Shown here piece after piece: positions 29,290 to 34,772 of a DNA stretch of 34,772 bases (the stretch's first letter is position 1; each line of letters starts with the position of its first letter). Under the pieces are notes generated by a model. That model had not been told where the DNA came from. It was given only the letters and a program-made list of their open reading frames with translations, and did not search any database. The DNA comes from Bacteroidales bacterium (GTDB taxonomy: Bacteria > Bacteroidota > Bacteroidia > Bacteroidales > JBKEBB01): assembly GCA_047972845.1 (NCBI GenBank), contig JBKEBB010000092.1, forward strand, positions 1 through 34,772. The letters are read 5' to 3'. A program made the position numbers and the translations under genes.

Positions 29290-29757
29290 ATGATGGAAAA
29301 GAAATATATGGATTTAGCCATAGAATTGTCAATTACGAACATTCAACATGGAGGTGGTCCTTTCGGTGCCGTTATTGTTAAAGAGGGAGAAATAATAGCG
29401 GCAAGCGCCAATTCGGTCGTTCCATCCAATGATCCAACCGCGCACGCCGAAGTCAACGCGATACGTGACGCCTGTCGAAAATTAGGCACACACGACTTAA
29501 GCGGATGCGACTTATACGCCTCTTGTGAGCCATGTCCAATGTGTCTTGGGGCTATTTATTGGGCAAGGATCTCACGACTATATTACGCCAATACCAAAGA
29601 TGACGCCGGCAATATTGGGTTTGCTGACTCTTTCATCTATTCTGAGTTTGCATTGCCCTATAAAGAAAGAAAGCTTCCAACCATTCGAATGATTAACACA
29701 AAAGCAATAGAGGCATTTCAAATCTGGGAGAAGAAAGAGGATAAAACTAAATATTGA
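29290..29757 (+). CDS. guaD: Zinc-dependent nucleoside/nucleobase deaminase, guanine deaminase type
   Basis: GGPFGAVIV, NDPTAHAEVNAIR, SCEPCPMCLGAIYWA, C-terminal Tyr; start at ATG 29290/29293 (ORF track 29254). Confidence 0.85.
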   Translation: MMEKKYMDLAIELSITNIQHGGGPFGAVIVKEGEIIAASANSVVPSNDPTAHAEVNAIRDACRKLGTHDLSGCDLYASCEPCPMCLGAIYWARISRLYYANTKDDAGNIGFADSFIYSEFALPYKERKLPTIRMINTKAIEAFQIWEKKEDKTKY

Positions 29758-29810
29758 CTATCTGAACTATTTAAACATGGATAAAAGAAACTAAACCTAT
29801 TGGAACAATG

Positions 29811-29847
29811 AAAAAGGACCGTCTGAACAACGTCAAACAGCCCTTTT
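29811..29847 (-). terminator. Terminator between the convergent deaminase and regulator genes
   Basis: Minus strand AAAAGGGCTGTTTGA-CGTTGT-TCAGACGGTCC-TTTTT; pairs best on the minus strand through G-U pairs. Confidence 0.65.
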
Positions 29848-29974
29848 ATATTGGAGAAACCTACAAATCTAAATCTCAAGATAGAGGGATAAATAAGAAA
29901 TAAAACGCTATTTATAACTAAAATCGCCTCAATACCTATCGCATGACAGAAACATCATAAGAAGATAAAAGACA

Positions 29975-31189
29975 TTATTCTTCTTGTTTATTTCGAATGT
30001 CTCCTTCCACATAGAAGAAATACTCATCCGCGGAAGAAGAGGACAAGCCTGCTCCGGGAATTTTCTCCAGAGATTTATTCAAACGCAATATTGCCTGACG
30101 AATTGTTCCTTCAGAGACATACACATTCCAAACCTTCTTGATAAGTTGATCTTTGGGAAGTCTAAAATCCTTAGACAACAACAACGCCTCAAGAATTCTG
30201 AGAGATTGAGGGGTAAGATGAAGAAGGGAGTCCTTATAGAACAGTTGGCGACTTCGTTTATGGTAATAGGCATCGAATGTAAGAACAATATAATCTTCAC
30301 TATCTAACCCTTGCTCATACAGTTTCTTCAATTTCACACGCTCTGCTTCGTTCCGCTGATATTCATCTTCGATCGATCTCAACTGAGTAAGATCAGCGGC
30401 TCTTCGTTCCATTTGCTCTTTTTGCTTCTGCAATTGAACACTCTTCGCCTCCAGACTCATAAGTTGCTGCTCGGTCTTACTCAACGAAGCCATCAATCTA
30501 TTTTTATCCGCTACAATCTGATCAACCTTTTTTTTTGTACGGCTCTTCAGATAAATCAATCCAAGGAATATACAGAGAGCGATAAAGCTACCAAGAGAGA
30601 AGAATACCGGAGGTGACGAAATACGCATCCGATTGACAATCTCAAGAAATGGAATAGAGTACAACAAGCGCACATTCATTTGATCATCAACTCCTAATGG
30701 ATAATACACCTCACGTGAGTTTGGGAACATAAATCGGAGGGTATCACCTATAACTTCCGTAGTTTTATCAATCTTAGCATGTATTAACGCATAGTCAATA
30801 CTAATATTTTTATCGGCTAAATTTTGTTGTACAAGACTATCTACAACTTGAAACTTCAAAGGAAAAAATAATGATCCAACAGACTGCGTTACTAATCTGT
30901 CCTTTTCTGCGGCAGAGGCAGATTTAAATCGTCCTGATTTGACGAAATTAAAAATACCAGTTGGAATTGCAATGGGTATAGTGTCAGAATTATGATTGGC
31001 CATCATCCCGTCTGTAAAGAATGGCATTCCCTGCAATCGGATCCGCTCTTCCTCTCTTAAAGATTTATCCAATATTTCTGACACAAGCGGGGAAATCCCA
31101 CTTTTTGAACTCTGGAAACCGATGTACCCAGAGATCGAACAAAGAGCAAGAAGCACCGTTGAAACCGCAATATTTCGTAGCCAGATCAT
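29975..31189 (-). CDS. Membrane-anchored one-component regulator: periplasmic domain, TM helix, coiled coil, OmpR/PhoB-type winged HTH
   Basis: Hydrophobic N-terminus; second TM FFSLGSFIALCIFLGLIYL; about 70-aa heptad-rich region; LTPQSLRILEALL...KDQLIKKVW...TIRQAILRLNKSL resembling Trans_reg_C; no receiver domain. Confidence 0.8.
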   Translation of the reverse strand: MIWLRNIAVSTVLLALCSISGYIGFQSSKSGISPLVSEILDKSLREEERIRLQGMPFFTDGMMANHNSDTIPIAIPTGIFNFVKSGRFKSASAAEKDRLVTQSVGSLFFPLKFQVVDSLVQQNLADKNISIDYALIHAKIDKTTEVIGDTLRFMFPNSREVYYPLGVDDQMNVRLLYSIPFLEIVNRMRISSPPVFFSLGSFIALCIFLGLIYLKSRTKKKVDQIVADKNRLMASLSKTEQQLMSLEAKSVQLQKQKEQMERRAADLTQLRSIEDEYQRNEAERVKLKKLYEQGLDSEDYIVLTFDAYYHKRSRQLFYKDSLLHLTPQSLRILEALLLSKDFRLPKDQLIKKVWNVYVSEGTIRQAILRLNKSLEKIPGAGLSSSSADEYFFYVEGDIRNKQEE

Positions 31190-31223
31190 AAGAAAGAGGT
31201 GTTATTAACATTATTTTCGTAAA

Positions 31224-31281
31224 GTCACCAAAAATGTAACGGCAAAAGTAGTATGTTTTCTCGAATAATCCACGTAATTTG
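31224..31281 (+). promoter_or_regulatory. Divergent promoter region with candidate regulator box
   Basis: GTCACCAAAAATGTAACG (31224-31241); minus-strand TACTTTTG at 31243-31250 for the regulator; plus-strand non-canonical GTAATTTG at 31274-31281 for the NVEALA gene. Confidence 0.55.
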
Positions 31282-31311
31282 CAAGTAATAATTTAAACTC
31301 AAAAAACAACT

Positions 31312-31626
31312 ATGAAGAAGGTGAAAAAGTCAATTCGAAGCATGGTGTTGGTTGCGGGGATCGCAATCATCGCCGGAGCGGCATCCTATTTGGTTACCCC
31401 CAAGATGAACCCGTCCAATCTATTGCTTGACAACGTGGAGGCTTTGGCTAATGACGAAAGTGGGCCAGGATATATGTGCTTTGCATGGGGCCCACTTGAT
31501 TGTCCCGCAGGACCCAAAGTGTATGCTATTGTGGGAGGACAATATTCAAGTTCAAGCTATAGCACAACCAGTTTCAGCACAACCAGCACAAGCTTAACTA
31601 CTACCAATCTAAAATTGACTAAATGA
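31312..31626 (+). CDS. NVEALA-domain peptide with Ser/Thr-rich tail
   Basis: Basic-hydrophobic N-terminus, LLLDNVEALANDE motif, two Cys (CFAWGPLDCP); stop overlaps the next start (ATGA). Confidence 0.9.
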   Translation: MKKVKKSIRSMVLVAGIAIIAGAASYLVTPKMNPSNLLLDNVEALANDESGPGYMCFAWGPLDCPAGPKVYAIVGGQYSSSSYSTTSFSTTSTSLTTTNLKLTK

Positions 31627-32675
31627 GATTTTTCTGGCTACTGCTCGTATTAACCGGATGCGTCATGAGTCCCAAAGAAAATGGCGCATCCGATAATACT
31701 ATCGAAAATCAACATGCTATCCAAGGGGGAAAAATAGGATCTGCCGATTCTATTATGATGCGTTACCCCTTTCGCATTCGTATTCTTGATTCAATCGCTT
31801 TAATACACGACCTGCACAACGAGGAGAATTATCTTCATGCCTTCACCTATCCAGAGATGAGGCCTATTGTTTCATTTGGGAAACGAGGAAACGGGCCGGG
31901 AGAGCTACTTATTGTTGAAAACATCCGATTCTTTTCACTGGATTCCATTTGGGTGCTCGATTCAAACAAAAATGAGATTACCCGTTGGAGTCTTTCAGTT
32001 GAGAATCACACTGCCACTTTAGAACAAAAAATTTCCATCGACAAACAGGTAAGTAGAGCGCTTGATTTTGCAGTAACCGATGAAGGATTTATCATCCCCG
32101 GCTATTTAGGAGAGTATCGCTTGCACCATTTGAATTTCGACGGAAAAGTGACATCCTCCGAAGGGGAGATTCCATGTAATAACCCGGAGCAATTCAAAGA
32201 TTACAAACCGGCGCTGGCGCAAGCATGGAGAAGTTTCATCGATTACAATCCGGTAAACAGACAAATCGTACTCGCCACACAACTTGGGGAGGTGCTCGAA
32301 CTGATTGGTCCCGACCAGCAGCATGTAGTTATTAAGGGAAAAGGGGGAGACCCCGTGTTTAATGTATCACAACAATGGGCCATTCCAGCCGGCATCATGG
32401 GATACTGGGATATACAACTCACTCAAAACCGCATATACGCGATTTTTCAAGGAGAGAAAATGAGTGATGTTCAAGCAAAAATAGAACAAAATATAACTCA
32501 ACAGAATGGGGGGCAACAACTATACGTATTTGACACCGAAGGAAACTCCCTTGCTAAGTACATACTTGACACTCCGATTTCGGGGTTCACCGTAAACGAA
32601 GAAACAAATACATTGGTAGGACTGGATGTAAACAGCAATACGCCTGTTACAACCTTTCACCTTCCAAAATTATAG
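31623..32675 (+). CDS. BF3164-like / TolB-like 6-bladed beta-propeller lipoprotein
   Basis: Lipobox VLTGC; MRYPFRIR, FGKRGNGPGE, ALAQAWRSFIDYNP, ATQLGEVLE; translationally coupled to NVEALA. Confidence 0.85.
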   Translation: MRFFWLLLVLTGCVMSPKENGASDNTIENQHAIQGGKIGSADSIMMRYPFRIRILDSIALIHDLHNEENYLHAFTYPEMRPIVSFGKRGNGPGELLIVENIRFFSLDSIWVLDSNKNEITRWSLSVENHTATLEQKISIDKQVSRALDFAVTDEGFIIPGYLGEYRLHHLNFDGKVTSSEGEIPCNNPEQFKDYKPALAQAWRSFIDYNPVNRQIVLATQLGEVLELIGPDQQHVVIKGKGGDPVFNVSQQWAIPAGIMGYWDIQLTQNRIYAIFQGEKMSDVQAKIEQNITQQNGGQQLYVFDTEGNSLAKYILDTPISGFTVNEETNTLVGLDVNSNTPVTTFHLPKL

Positions 32676-32812
32676 TATATGAGATACCAGTTTTTTTAAT
32701 CATTACTAAACATACACCTTAAAATATAAGTCTATAGAGATCTACAATTAAACAAAGAATAGACTCATTTCATGTAAAAATAGAAATGAGGGAGGATCCA
32801 AATTATGCTATG

Positions 32813-32919
32813 AAAAAACCGGAAATAGTTTTTCCGTTTTGTTTGGTGGGTGGGGTCCGGACGTTGCTTTAATCGGGTTTTGTGTTTGCACCCGAAGCAT
32901 ATGCCGGACCCCTTGCCCA
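32813..32919 (-). ncRNA. Candidate structured small RNA (long hairpin plus terminator)
   Basis: GGGGTCCGG (32852-32860) / CCGGACCCC (32904-32912) with inner TGCT/AGCA and TCGGGT/ACCCGA stems; followed on the minus strand by CGGAAA-AACTA-TTTCCG-G-TTTTTT. Confidence 0.4.
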
Positions 32920-33511
32920 TTAATAGAGCTCAATTAAACAACATATTATATTCAATCCATTAATTCCCAATTGATATCAAGATTGGATTAATAACAGGAT
33001 ACTATTATTCCCAACTCAATTCCATTAGTGCATCAAAGGTTTTCCGTCAGAGTATTATGCCGGATGGTCAGTCATCATACCAGCGTACATAAGAACCAAC
33101 ACCTAGTACCATACAAATTCCATTTGCATATAGAGTAAGAATCACTCCTCTTGAATGCAGACCACAACTACAAAACCATAGACATCTCTTAAAATCCCTG
33201 TTTTGGTCGGTACATTCCACAAGCACCCTCTATTAAGTCCTGGAAAAAGAAGAATCATATTCATCGTACAAATGGGACTAAAACAACCCTACGGATTCGC
33301 TATCCCTGAAGACAACAAAAGGTCAAAGGTAACTACACAAAAGAATAGGTCGTGTCTAAAACGAAATGAAACATTCGACAAAGCAAAATCATCTACCAGA
33401 CAAGAAAAATCACAAAAGGGCTTAAAAGGCAAGAAAACAGCAAAAAGAGGGGAAGAATAGCCGATGGAACCGATAGATACAACCATAATAAAAAATCTCA
33501 CGTTAGAAATT

Positions 33512-33611
33512 ATGACAAAAAAAGTAACAAAAGTTTCTACAGAAAATCAGGTTACGACAGAAAATGTAACGCGAAATATTGCATACCCCTCAAATTTTGT
33601 TTATTTCTTTG
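33512..33611 (+). promoter_or_regulatory. Promoter with two candidate regulator boxes
   Basis: ATGACAAAAAAAGTAAC (33512-33528) and ACGACAGAAAATGTAACG (33554-33571), 42 bp apart; non-canonical -7 TTTCTTTG at 33604-33611. Confidence 0.5.
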
Positions 33612-33842
33612 CACATAAATGATGACATTCATACCATCGGCAACTTCTCTCTCTTTATCGAGAATATTCGATCTACAAACTGAAATGTCGCGATGCAATG
33701 AATAAATTCTAAGGAAAACAGATTACTTCAGAAGAAAATACACTCATTATTTAGATACAGTGAAAGGTCTATTCTACTAAAAAGAGAGAAAAATTGTGGT
33801 TTAACTCAATTATACACGTTTAAAACTATCATCACCCTACGA

Positions 33843-34772
33843 ATGAAACCAACCAAGCTCTTATTACTACTATTAGTAATTACCTCCTGCACGAGTAAAT
33901 CCTCGAGGCTGGATACGGCGTTGCAATTGGCTGGTGAGAATCGTCCAGAACTCGAAAAGGTGTTATCTCACTACCATTCCGATCCTAATGACAGTTTAAA
34001 GTATCAAGCTGCCTGTTTTCTTATCGAAAACATGCCGTACCATTACTACTATGAAGGAAAACTATTGGATCAATTCAGTACTGTTTACGAAGCCCTAAAA
34101 CGGGTGAAAGATGCTTCAGCCGTGTTGGATTCATTGACCTTACGCTTTGGGAACTTCTCTCTTAGCAGTGTTCAGCTGAAACACGACATCACCTCTCTAC
34201 AATCCTCTTATCTCATCGAAAACATCGATTTAGCGTTCCGCGTATGGGAAGAGCAACCTTGGTGCAAACACATCCCTTTCGATCAATTCTGTCGATTTAT
34301 TCTTCCCTACAGGGTAAACAATGAACAGCCCGACAGCACTCGGCGCATTCTATACGAAAAATACAATCCACTACTTGACAGCCTCCGTCAAACCGGGAAT
34401 GCGGAAGATCCTCTTACGGCGGCGCAAGTATTAATCTCGACCCTCGCAAAAGTAGTCAACTTCTTTACCGCCCAAGCCTCACGCATTCCTCTTGCCTCTC
34501 CTCTTCTGATGGATAAATACAGAGCAGGCTCCTGTCGGGATATGGCTGACCTGACCGTTTCTATTTTCAGGGCGGTAGGGATTCCTTCCGGTATTGAATT
34601 TATACCCATACATGGATGTTTGAATACATCACACTGCTGGACATTTATTCTCGACAAAAAAGGAGACACCTACACTTCAGACTATTTGGCCGACAAGATT
34701 CTTCCTACAACAGAAACACTCCACCAAACCGCGAAGATATTTAGAGAACTCTTTGAAGTAAACCAATCTCTT
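33843..34772 (+). CDS. Transglutaminase-like domain lipoprotein, truncated by the window end (not in the ORF track)
   Basis: Manually translated open frame of 310 codons with no stop: MKPTKLLLLLLVITSC lipobox, ALQLAGENRPELEKVLSHY, AACFLIENM, ILPYRV, GSCRDMA..IFRAVGIP, SHCW (Cys/His of a transglutaminase/papain-like core). Confidence 0.85.
   Translation, partial: MKPTKLLLLLLVITSCTSKSSRLDTALQLAGENRPELEKVLSHYHSDPNDSLKYQAACFLIENMPYHYYYEGKLLDQFSTVYEALKRVKDASAVLDSLTLRFGNFSLSSVQLKHDITSLQSSYLIENIDLAFRVWEEQPWCKHIPFDQFCRFILPYRVNNEQPDSTRRILYEKYNPLLDSLRQTGNAEDPLTAAQVLISTLAKVVNFFTAQASRIPLASPLLMDKYRAGSCRDMADLTVSIFRAVGIPSGIEFIPIHGCLNTSHCWTFILDKKGDTYTSDYLADKILPTTETLHQTAKIFRELFEVNQSL

Noticed and set aside
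33203-33501. 85-aa (+) and 70-aa (-) ORFs in the NVEALA locus gap
   Set aside because: Overlapping, non-ATG starts, composition driven by A-rich DNA; no second NVEALA motif found
34388-34669. 93-aa minus-strand ORF at the window end
   Set aside because: Antisense to the real + strand transglutaminase-like gene starting at 33843

Overview
A 34.8-kb chromosomal segment from a Bacteroidales-type bacterium, inferred from the SusC/SusD pair, TAnnTTTG -7 promoter elements, the NVEALA gene and lipoprotein signal peptides. Left to right it holds: a UDG-superfamily (deoxyinosine-type) glycosylase; a minus-strand cluster of ABC ATPase, FtsX/MacB-type permease, GT4 glycosyltransferase and two PQQ-like beta-propeller paralogs; a glycogen/alpha-glucan trio (debranching enzyme, GT4, GH57); a patatin interrupted by one in-frame TAA; a GH92 mannosidase; SusC/SusD; two Tat-exported Gfo/Idh/MocA paralogs plus a DUF1080 lipoprotein; a guanine-deaminase-type enzyme; and a membrane-anchored OmpR-type wHTH regulator divergent from an NVEALA peptide, a 6-bladed-propeller lipoprotein and a transglutaminase-like lipoprotein cut by the window end. 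The most notable non-coding signals are: (i) a perfect 15-bp inverted repeat bracketing the likely susC promoter (candidate invertible promoter); (ii) two separate arrays of four TGTACAC cores at an exact 22-bp period; (iii) a shared AAAATGTAACG box ending exactly 41 bp (measured from the end of GTAAC) before the TTTG element at two promoters of the NVEALA locus (candidate regulon); (iv) candidate minus-strand small RNAs in the susC leader and at about 32.8-32.9 kb. No rRNA, tRNA, transposase, recombinase or CRISPR-cas genes were recognised. All family calls come from motif recognition, not database searches.
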